Of a DNA stretch of 19,939 nucleotides, positions 8,500-17,538 are shown one piece after another. Source of the stretch: a candidate division WOR-3 bacterium (GTDB lineage: Bacteria; Hydrothermota; Tepidihabitantia; Tepidihabitantales; Tepidihabitantaceae). The stretch is from NCBI GenBank assembly GCA_037441285.1, contig JBBISL010000027.1:1-19939 (forward strand), given 5' to 3'. Under the pieces are notes generated by a model, which ran no database searches, was not told where the DNA came from, and saw only the letters and a list, made by a program, of their open reading frames with translations. The position numbers and the translations under genes were made by a program. Position 1 is the stretch's first letter; each line of letters starts with the position of its first letter.

Positions 8500-9411
8500 A
8501 TGAAACCGAAAGAAACACGGGTTTTTATCCGGGCACGAGCCCCAGAACCGGTCTGGCAGGTTTTTCCTTTTTCCCAAATAGCGCCCGACTCAGCTGATAT
8601 CAAAGCCGTCGAAATTGCGGAACTGGTCCGGCGCAAGCCGGACTTTTTGAATTTTGCCGAGCAGTCAGCAGCACCGTTTCGGGTTGCTTTACCGGTTACC
8701 CAAAATTTTGGGGTCAGTTCGCCAATTCTGGTTGCGGTTGATGAGGCGGGTGGGGTTTTTCTTGTTGGGTGTCCAGATGAATCCAGCCCGGATGCGTATC
8801 GGACCGTGGTGGCTGACATCTTGGCGGCAAGCACCCGACTCTGGCGGATGAGTTATGAGCAGTTCTCACAGATTTTTACCGAGGTTGAGGGTGCGACTTT
8901 AGAGGAGTTGATGCTTTTGCGGAGCCGGGCGGATTGGGATTTTGAACAGTTTGAGCCGATAGTTGCGGCGAATCTGGAAAAAGGCCGTTTTCCGATTCTG
9001 ATTGTCACCGCTCATTCCAGTGGTGAGGTTCGTCAATTGCTGGAGTATCTAAAGGGGATGAATCTGGTGGTTGTGCTGGTAAGTTATTCGCTCTGGGTTA
9101 GGGGTGGGATTCTGGTAGTTGAGCCGGTTAGCCCTTCTCGAACTCTGCTTGGTGTTTCAGCGGCACCGGTTGGTTTTTCACCACCACCAAGCCCACCCCG
9201 TGAAGAACTACCGGTTGTGCAACAGCCGGTTGAGATTGAGTCGCCTCCGGTTGAGGAGGAGAAAAGAGTGGAGGAGAGTCCGGTAAAGTCGGTACCGGCC
9301 GGTGCGCTGCCAACTGAACCAGCAAAAAGTGTTGCCAAGCCACCAGGACCAGGTACCAAACCCGGTGTAATGGCGGGTAAAAGACCGCCACCTAAACCAA
9401 AGAGGGGTTAA
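8500..9411 (+). CDS. Hypothetical protein with degenerate PD-(D/E)XK/NucS-like N-terminal domain and Pro/Glu/Lys-rich tail
   Basis: Long ORF in operon context and a clear paralog of the next gene (LVA(V/L)DEAG.V.LVGCPD, LAAS.RLW, G(R/K)FP, YLKGMN). The fold assignment is inference. Confidence 0.7.
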   Translation: MKPKETRVFIRARAPEPVWQVFPFSQIAPDSADIKAVEIAELVRRKPDFLNFAEQSAAPFRVALPVTQNFGVSSPILVAVDEAGGVFLVGCPDESSPDAYRTVVADILAASTRLWRMSYEQFSQIFTEVEGATLEELMLLRSRADWDFEQFEPIVAANLEKGRFPILIVTAHSSGEVRQLLEYLKGMNLVVVLVSYSLWVRGGILVVEPVSPSRTLLGVSAAPVGFSPPPSPPREELPVVQQPVEIESPPVEEEKRVEESPVKSVPAGALPTEPAKSVAKPPGPGTKPGVMAGKRPPPKPKRG

Positions 9412-9414
9412 GGG

Positions 9415-10551
9415 ATGCAGCCCTGTCTTATTCGGGCAAACCAGGAAACATCAGACTGGCTGGAGTTTCCCGCGGTGCCGATTTCCGGTGCCGTGGACCG
9501 GATTGAGCTTATTACTCAGGCACCGGAGTTTCTTGGTATAGCGTTTGGTGAGGCGCCTTTGCCCCGGGTGGTAGCGCTGTTAAGCGGGGCGGCATCAAAT
9601 CGGGTGCTGGTTGCCCTTGACGAGGCGGGGAAGGTGATGCTCGTGGGTTGTCCCGACCAGAAAGAGGAGACCGGAATAAGTTTGATGGTTGGTGACCTGC
9701 TCGCGGCAAGTGGTCGGTTGTGGCATCAGCCGTTTGCGCAACTGGCAGCGATGTTTGGCGACCCAGCAGGTAAGGTGCTGAGTGAGAAGATTCGAAGTCG
9801 GATTAAAGGGGAGTGGGATGAAAGGAAATTTCAAGAGGCGGTGGCAAAGAGTCTTGACGAGGGTAAGTTTCCAGTTGCTGTGCTCGTCGACGAGGTGACT
9901 AAAGCGGTGGAAGACATGATTGTTTACCTTAAGGGGATGAATATCAATGTTCAGGTTCTGACCTATGAGCGGTTTTGTGATAACGGGATTGAGGTTGTTG
10001 TGCCGCGGGTGGTGGGCGAAGCACCAAAGCGGGAAGAGAAGAAGGCGGTGATTGAGCAACCGGTGACACCATTTTTAGAGTACACACCGACCGTTACGAG
10101 TTTTGGGCAAAAAACCGAAGGGCCACCCAAGACATACGAGCCATTTCCGACGGCCGGAACCACTCCCAAGCAGCAGGCGATTCTCGAGCGGCTGGTTTAC
10201 ATAGAGGATTTAGGGTTGATTCGCCGCGGGTTTGAGTTTTTCTCGCCCCGAGCCGCGCAGCGGTCTGAGGCAGAAGGGACGATTGTGATTGCGGTTGACC
10301 CAACCCGCTGGCCCTTTCCTCGTGAGGACGAAGTGATGGTGGTGGTGCGTACGGGTCGGGAGCATCTTGCCGGTTTTCTGCGGATGAAGCAGCAGGAGGT
10401 TGAAGACTTTTTACGGTTATTGCCCCGGGATGAGAAACGGGAGCACAAAGGGGCGCTGCTCTTATGGGCGCGCAACCCGTTTGAGGCAACTCAACTGGTC
10501 AATGAGTTGAAGGCGCTAAAGGAAGTTTCCCAGACCCGGCCACCGGTTTAA
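9415..10551 (+). CDS. Hypothetical protein, paralog of 8500..9411 with an extra C-terminal globular domain
   Basis: Begins 3 nt after the previous stop, GAGGGG SD-like sequence upstream, shares the motifs listed for the previous gene. Confidence 0.7.
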   Translation: MQPCLIRANQETSDWLEFPAVPISGAVDRIELITQAPEFLGIAFGEAPLPRVVALLSGAASNRVLVALDEAGKVMLVGCPDQKEETGISLMVGDLLAASGRLWHQPFAQLAAMFGDPAGKVLSEKIRSRIKGEWDERKFQEAVAKSLDEGKFPVAVLVDEVTKAVEDMIVYLKGMNINVQVLTYERFCDNGIEVVVPRVVGEAPKREEKKAVIEQPVTPFLEYTPTVTSFGQKTEGPPKTYEPFPTAGTTPKQQAILERLVYIEDLGLIRRGFEFFSPRAAQRSEAEGTIVIAVDPTRWPFPREDEVMVVVRTGREHLAGFLRMKQQEVEDFLRLLPRDEKREHKGALLLWARNPFEATQLVNELKALKEVSQTRPPV

Positions 10552-10552
10552 T

Positions 10553-11110
10553 TTGAAGCCCAGCCGCCTTTTGCTTCATATCTGCTGCGCACCCTGCGCA
10601 ACCGATGTCATAAGGCAACTTCAAGAGAGTTTTGATGTGGTCGGTTTTTTCTACAACCCCAATATCTTTTCGGAAGAGGAGTATCGGCGACGTCAGGAGG
10701 CGGTGCAGCGGTTGGGTTCGCTGTGGCAGGTCCCGATTGAGTATGGGCAATATGAGTACGAACGGTTTCGGGAGGCGGTAAAGGGTTTAGAAAATGAACC
10801 GGAAGGTGGTAAGCGGTGCGAAGTTTGTTTTCGGCTGCGGCTGGAGAGGTGTGCGGTGTGGGCGAAGGAAAGAGGGTGCCGGGCGTTGGCTTCAACTTTG
10901 ACCGTGGGACCGAATAAGCGGGCAGATGTGATAAACCGGATTGGCAGAGAAGTTGCGGCGGGGATAGGTATTGAATTCATTGAACGGGATTGGAAAAAGC
11001 GGGACGGGTTTAAACACAGCGTGGAAATTTCCCGAAGGTTAGGGCTTTATCGACAGCACTACTGTGGCTGTGAATTTTCTTTAAAAGAAAAGGCGGGGCG
11101 GAATCGCTAA
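10553..11110 (+). CDS. queH: Epoxyqueuosine reductase QueH (DUF208)
   Basis: LLLHICCAPC, FFYNPNI, EY.RR, EPEGGKRCEVCF..RL, and GLYRQHYCGCEFS signature motifs. TTG start 1 nt after the upstream stop. Confidence 0.92.
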   Translation: MKPSRLLLHICCAPCATDVIRQLQESFDVVGFFYNPNIFSEEEYRRRQEAVQRLGSLWQVPIEYGQYEYERFREAVKGLENEPEGGKRCEVCFRLRLERCAVWAKERGCRALASTLTVGPNKRADVINRIGREVAAGIGIEFIERDWKKRDGFKHSVEISRRLGLYRQHYCGCEFSLKEKAGRNR

Positions 11111-11119
11111 CCGCCCCGC
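11083..11119 (-). terminator. Intrinsic terminator of the minus-strand putative selenoprotein gene, overlapping the queH 3' end
   Basis: 9-bp stem GCGGGGCGG/CCGCCCCGC (11093-11101 / 11111-11119), followed on the minus strand by CTTTTCTTTT. Confidence 0.75.
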
Positions 11120-11135
11120 AACTCTTTATAATCGC

Positions 11136-13061
11136 TCAGCGGGCGATGACGAACTTGACCTCTGCCTGAGCTTCGGATGTAATCATGCGGCAGAAGTAAA
11201 CACCGGGTGGAGCCACGCGACCCTGGGCATCTTTGCCATCCCAATTCCAGTTACCTTTACCCGAGACTGTCTGCACCAGTCGGCCGGTTCGGTCGTAGAT
11301 GGTGAGGGTTGCGGTGCTCGCAAGGTTTGAGGTGAATTTAACAGGTCCGCGGCTGGGGTTGGGATAAGAACATAGCGTCCATTTGCGGAGAGGTGTTTTG
11401 GGTTCTTCCGTGATTGCGGTCGGGTCCGCGGTGGTGTATTTGATGGCGCGACCCGGAACAAGCGGTGCGGTGCCGCGGTGATAGGTGTTGTCAAACAGGC
11501 ACTGGATTGCAATCGTCTGAGTCGGGTCCTGAATGCCAATGGTGCTTGAGGTGTACTGGTTGGCGGTGAGGTACTGAACGACAATCAAATTGTCGCCAGT
11601 CGGTGTCGGTATTGTTGGGTCGTAGAGGATAAGCTGGAACCGTTCATACGGCGCGCCGGAACCGGGAAAGTAGTGCACCGAGTCCCATTCGACAATGAAA
11701 CGGTGGTTATCAGTGTCGTAATAGTACCAGACGCCGTTGCCAACCGGCGGATAAAGGTCATCCCAGTTAAGGCAGATGGCACCGGGGATGGATGTTGATG
11801 GTAACGCGGTATTGGAGTATGATGTGACGGTGGTGTAACCGGGTGCAACCCAGCCATTGGAGCAGATGGAAATTTGAGTATAGGTTGAGCCGTAGAACTG
11901 CCAGGTGAAGGGTAGGTCAATGGTGATGGTTTGGTCGTCGCTTAAAGACAATTGGGTGCCCTGGTTATTGATTTCTATCCAGGAGAAGTTGGGATGCTGG
12001 GGATAAAGGGTGTCAACATCGTCGTAAGCCCAGTAGCGCGGTGGATTGCTGTTGTCAGGAATCGGGTCGGTGGCGCGTAATTCGCCGACAACGATGGTTA
12101 AGCGGAGTGTGTCGTTGTATCCGTTACCGTTGATATAGAGGTAAAGGGTTACCGGTGTTTCGATCGGGATTGAGTGGTCAACCTGAATCCCAAATGGGTC
12201 GGTTTCGTTGGTCCGGGTTGCGCCGGCGGGAATTGAGCCGTAATCGCTGATTGAGTCGGTGATAACGAAGCGGCTGTCCGAAGAGCGTAATGTGGCGCTG
12301 ACATTGTCCACTCCTTGAGTTCCGATGTTGCGCAGGGCAACAATCAAGCCGCCAGTTTCACCCGGGTCAAATCTGCCATTGTTGTTGCCGCCCGGCGGTG
12401 AGTCCAGGACGGTTCTGGTACTGAGCAGAATGTAGGGACCCTGATTGTTGTTAATTAAGGAGATATCATCGGCGGAGACCTCCGCCACTGGAGTGCCTCA
12501 GCCCGAATAGGTGTAACTCCAGAGCGCAACCTCGACTTTGGCAACATCATCCGGGTTGACACCGGGTAGATTGGCGGCAAGTTCATCGGCGATGTTTAAC
12601 TCGTACTGGTTCCAGTCGGGATTGGTGATGCGGTAGAGGCTCAAAGTCGGGGTTGGTGTCCAGGTGGCGTAGGTGGAGTAGTAGTAGCGGGTTTCACCCA
12701 GAAGGTTGTCGTTGATGTTGTAGTAGCATACCTGGAAGCAGGCGGCGGGCCAGCAGGTTGATGAACCACCGCTTTCCGTGAACTTTGCCCAGAACGAGAG
12801 GTTCAGAGCGACACCGGGCACATCGACCTTTTGACTCAAACGGGTCCAGCCCGGGTTGTCGTATTGATATACCCAGGCTTCGTAGTCCGGGTCGGGTTGA
12901 TATTCGGTGCCGCGCTGCACCTGATGGGTGCCGAGACCGCTGTCGGTATAAGTCCAGCCAACGGTCAACTCCTGCTCGAAGTTGCCGTTGATGAGTAGTT
13001 CCTGGCTTAAACCTAAGCCGAGAACAAACGGCACAATCAGCAAGCCGACCTTGAAACGCAT
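11136..13061 (-). CDS. Putative secreted selenoprotein, 641 aa with Sec188: signal peptide, CBM/galactose-binding-like jelly roll, Ig-like domain, NIDO-like domain, T9SS/FlgD-Ig-like CTD
   Basis: Track ORFs 12498..13106 and 11136..12488 share a frame and are separated by one TGA plus 3 sense codons (WSYTYSG-TGA-GTPVAEVSADDISL). ATG13061 has an AAAAAGGAGG SD. The signal peptide is only in the first part and the CTD only in the second. A SECIS-like hairpin follows the TGA. Confidence 0.8.
12471..12500 (-). promoter_or_regulatory. UGA codon plus bacterial SECIS-like element
   Basis: Minus strand reads UGA GGCACUCCAGU GGCGG AGGUCU CCGCC. The stem starts 11 nt after UGA and carries the same AGGUCU apex as the E. 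coli fdhF SECIS. Confidence 0.75.
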
Positions 13062-13085
13062 AACGGGCCTCCTTTTTACATTTAA

Positions 13086-13113
13086 ATTATCACCGAAGTG
13101 AGTCAAAAGTCAA
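13086..13113 (-). promoter_or_regulatory. Probable sigma70 promoter for the putative selenoprotein gene
   Basis: Minus strand TTGACT, 16 bp, GATAAT, upstream of the SD. Divergent from the rtcB promoter. Confidence 0.45.
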
Positions 13114-13144
13114 GCGAATTGCCGAACTCGGGATAAAAACGCCG

Positions 13145-13173
13145 TTGACTGATTGGGGATAACCTTCTATAAT
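13145..13173 (+). promoter_or_regulatory. sigma70 promoter for rtcB, predicting a leaderless transcript
   Basis: TTGACT (13145-13150), 17 bp, TATAAT (13168-13173). ATG lies 6 nt downstream at 13180 with no SD. Confidence 0.7.
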
Positions 13174-13179
13174 ATTTTG

Positions 13180-14637
<1,458 letters not shown>

Positions 14638-14672
14638 ATGTAACCCGCAGGTTACGCGTCAGTAAACCGGTT

Positions 14673-16460
14673 ATGAAGGAGAGCGTTGCGGAGAAAGTCG
14701 CGCGGGCGCCAAATGAACCGGGTGTTTATCTTCTGAAAGACGATAAGGGCAGGGTCATCTACATCGGTAAGGCGCGGGTGTTGCGGGAGCGGTTACGCGC
14801 CTATCTCGGTCCGCAAAAGGACCCTCGGCTGGTGGCGCTGGTCCGCCGGATAAGTGACATTGAGACCATCGTTACCCGTTCTGAGGTTGAGGCGCTACTC
14901 TTAGAAGAGAGTTTAATCAAGATAAAAAAGCCCCGCTACAATGTCCGGCTGCGCGACGACAAGAAGTACCCTTATCTTAAAATCACGGTTAACGAGCCGT
15001 TTCCCCGGATTTTTGTTACCCGCAACATCAAGCCGGACGGTTCGGTTCTGTTCGGTCCTTACACCAGCGCCCGGGAGTTGCGCCGGGCACTGCGAGCGGT
15101 CAAACGCATCTTCCGTATCCGGACCTGCAAACGCACTTTGCCCGACCCGAATCAAAAGGAACCGTGCCTCAACTTTCAAATGAAGCGGTGTCTCGGACCG
15201 TGTCGGGGCAGTGTCAATCCCGAAGAGTACCGGCAACTGGTGGAAGATGTGATTGAGTTCCTTTCGGGCAACAATGAGAAGTTGACCGCAGAATTGGAAC
15301 GGCGGATGTGGCAGGAAGCAGAGCAGCAACGGTATGAGCAGGCGGCGATGCTGCGCGACCAGTTGCTGGCATTGCGCGAAATCGTGCGGAATCAACAGGT
15401 GGTTACTGCCGACCGAAAGGCGCGGGATGTCATCGGCTTGGCACGGGGCGAAAAGGATGCGGCAGTGGCGCTGTTCCGCATTCGCGAGGGGAAAATCGTT
15501 GCCCGGGAGGAGTACTTTCTCAATGCGACCAAAGACACATCAGAAGAAGAGTTGCTTGAAGGTCTTTTGCGGTCGATTTACACCCACACCGCGGACCTGC
15601 CCGAAGAGATTGTCCTGCCGGCACCGATTACTGATGAGGACCTTTTCCGGGAACTGTTCTGGGAGAAGAAAGGGCGCCGGGTTGTAATCAGTGCGCCGCA
15701 ACGCGGGGAGAAACGGAAACTGGTGGAACTGGCGCAGCGCAATGCGGAAAAGGCACTGGCTGAAGCGGTGCCGGTGGTTGAGCGTATTCCGGAAGGCAGC
15801 CGGCAACTGGCAGAAATCCTCAGGCTGGCAACACCACCGCGGTTGATTGAAGGGGTTGACATCTCCAATACGCAGGGCAGTAATGCGGTTGGTTCGGTGG
15901 TGGTTTTCCGCGACGGCAAGCCGTTGAAGAGTCAGTACCGGCTGTTTAAAATTCGGACCGTGTCTGGGCCAAACGACTTTGCGATGATGGAGGAGGTGCT
16001 GGCGCGGCGGGTGCGCGGACTGCTCGAGAAAAACCTGCCGTTGCCCGACCTGGTACTGGTTGATGGCGGAAAGGGGCAACTTTCGGCCGCGATTAAGGCT
16101 TATCATCAATTTGACCGGGAGATTCCAATTCTCGGACTGGCAAAACGGACCGATACCCTGTTTTACATTGATGGTAGGGAGATTTCGATTCCGGCGGCCT
16201 CAGCGGCTTTGAAACTTTTAAAGCGGATTCGGGATGAGTCGCACCGTTTCGCCATCACCTTCCACCGGAAACTGCGTGGTAAGAAACTGGTGGAGTCGGA
16301 ACTTGACAGAATTCCCGGAGTTGGCGCGGTGCGGCGGCAGGCGTTACTTCAGCACTTTGGCTCGCTTAACAAACTGCGCGGGGCGGGTGTTAATGACATC
16401 GCCCAAGTCAAGGGCATCGGCAAGAGTCTGGCGGAAAAGATTTATGAGTATTTTCATTAA
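14673..16460 (+). CDS. uvrC: Excinuclease ABC subunit C
   Basis: GIY-YIG domain (PGVYL...IYIGKA..LR.R, PRYNVRLRDDKKYPY), Cys cluster CL....KRCLGPC, UVR domain, RNase H-like GVDIS...DGGKGQ...GLAK, RIRDESHRFA, HhH IPGVG/VKGIG. Start taken at ATG14673 (MKESV) to avoid overlap with rtcB. Confidence 0.95.
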   Translation: MKESVAEKVARAPNEPGVYLLKDDKGRVIYIGKARVLRERLRAYLGPQKDPRLVALVRRISDIETIVTRSEVEALLLEESLIKIKKPRYNVRLRDDKKYPYLKITVNEPFPRIFVTRNIKPDGSVLFGPYTSARELRRALRAVKRIFRIRTCKRTLPDPNQKEPCLNFQMKRCLGPCRGSVNPEEYRQLVEDVIEFLSGNNEKLTAELERRMWQEAEQQRYEQAAMLRDQLLALREIVRNQQVVTADRKARDVIGLARGEKDAAVALFRIREGKIVAREEYFLNATKDTSEEELLEGLLRSIYTHTADLPEEIVLPAPITDEDLFRELFWEKKGRRVVISAPQRGEKRKLVELAQRNAEKALAEAVPVVERIPEGSRQLAEILRLATPPRLIEGVDISNTQGSNAVGSVVVFRDGKPLKSQYRLFKIRTVSGPNDFAMMEEVLARRVRGLLEKNLPLPDLVLVDGGKGQLSAAIKAYHQFDREIPILGLAKRTDTLFYIDGREISIPAASAALKLLKRIRDESHRFAITFHRKLRGKKLVESELDRIPGVGAVRRQALLQHFGSLNKLRGAGVNDIAQVKGIGKSLAEKIYEYFH

Positions 16461-16575
16461 CGGCGCTTTGTGTTCAAATTTGTTTTTGTCGTTATCTTAC
16501 CACCCGCAGCCGGTTCGTTGTTGAACCAATGGCCTGCTGAATGCTAACACCTGTTTCTGGGTGAGTTAGGTTAGC

Positions 16576-17538
16576 TTATTCCTGAATATGAAACTCGACG
16601 ATGTCTTTGTCGGCGAGGATGTGTTCCCGTTCCACGCGCTGGCCGGAAAAGCCGCTTGCGTTCCAGAGCCGGGCATAGGAAAGTTTGCGGGCAAAGTCTT
16701 TGTGGAGATAGTAGGCGGCGTCAATCACCGTTGCCGGATTTTTGAGAATTACCGGGTCCTGCATATCAGGCGGCTTGCCGGGTTTTTTGGTGTAGACGCG
16801 GATGATGTTCAAACTGGTGAAAGCGGCGCGGCGAAACTCATCCAGCCCCTGTTTGGTCTCAACTGAGACGAGAAGCAAGGGAATTTCTCCGAGTAACTCC
16901 TTAAGAACTGTAAGCCGGTCCAGGGCATTAGGGGTATCAACCTTGGTGCCAACCCGCAGTAGGGGTGGCTGGCGATAAGCTTCGGACCCGATGATGCGGT
17001 TCTGGATTAAAAGTTGTTCGACCTGTTCCGTGGTTTCGAGCAAAGTGTCGTCGCTCAGGTCAATGAGCCAGACGAGCGCATCCGCGGTGCGCAGGATGTG
17101 AAAGAGCCAGGCAGGAGAATCTTTTTCCAAAGGTGGGGTGTCAATCAGTTGAATCTGGATTTCTTCAAACCGCATCATTCCTGCCATTGGTCGGGTGGTG
17201 GTAAATGGATAGGCGGCGACCTCCGTGTTTAAGCCGGTCAGTTCCCGCACCAGTGCCGATTTGCCGCAGTTGGGTGGACCAAATACCGCCACCTGACCCG
17301 CGCCCTGTTTTTCAATGTGGAACCAGTCGGAGCGTTTGCCCCCGCCTTTGCCTTCAGTAAGTTCGCGGCGGAGCCGGGCGATGCGAGTTTTGATGTCCGC
17401 CTGCATCTTTTCGGTGCCTTTGTGCTTGGGGATGGTCGCAAGCATCTCTTCAAGGCAGAGCAGTTTTTCTTCGGGCGTTTTTGCCTGGCGGAAGCGCTCT
17501 TCGGCTTGCTTAAATTCCGGGGTTAAGTTTGCCGGCAT
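16576..17538 (-). CDS. OBG/DRG-family GTPase with C-terminal TGS domain
   Basis: MPANLTP...IPKHKGTEK N-terminus, G1 GPPNCGKS, G2 YPFTT, G3 DTPP, G4 TKVD, and IIRVYTK...L.D.DIVE TGS domain. Confidence 0.88.
   Translation of the reverse strand: MPANLTPEFKQAEERFRQAKTPEEKLLCLEEMLATIPKHKGTEKMQADIKTRIARLRRELTEGKGGGKRSDWFHIEKQGAGQVAVFGPPNCGKSALVRELTGLNTEVAAYPFTTTRPMAGMMRFEEIQIQLIDTPPLEKDSPAWLFHILRTADALVWLIDLSDDTLLETTEQVEQLLIQNRIIGSEAYRQPPLLRVGTKVDTPNALDRLTVLKELLGEIPLLLVSVETKQGLDEFRRAAFTSLNIIRVYTKKPGKPPDMQDPVILKNPATVIDAAYYLHKDFARKLSYARLWNASGFSGQRVEREHILADKDIVEFHIQE

Noticed and set aside
8454..8500. Read-through of the pilC TGA
   Set aside because: PilC is already complete, the next gene is in another frame, and no SECIS-like stem follows.
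12498..12500. Genome-wide UGA reassignment (code 4 or 25) as the explanation of the in-frame TGA
   Set aside because: TGA is the natural stop of pilC (8454-8456) and of this same gene (11136-11138, followed by a terminator). No other gene in the window has an internal TGA, and Trp is encoded by TGG.
11136..13061. Nonsense-mutation pseudogene
   Set aside because: Not excluded but disfavoured: there is a single lesion, the SD, promoter and terminator are intact, and a SECIS-like hairpin sits at the canonical distance.
16461..16575. Possible sRNA or terminator between convergent uvrC and the GTPase gene
   Set aside because: Only weak, imperfect stems are present, with no tRNA cloverleaf or recognisable ncRNA motif.
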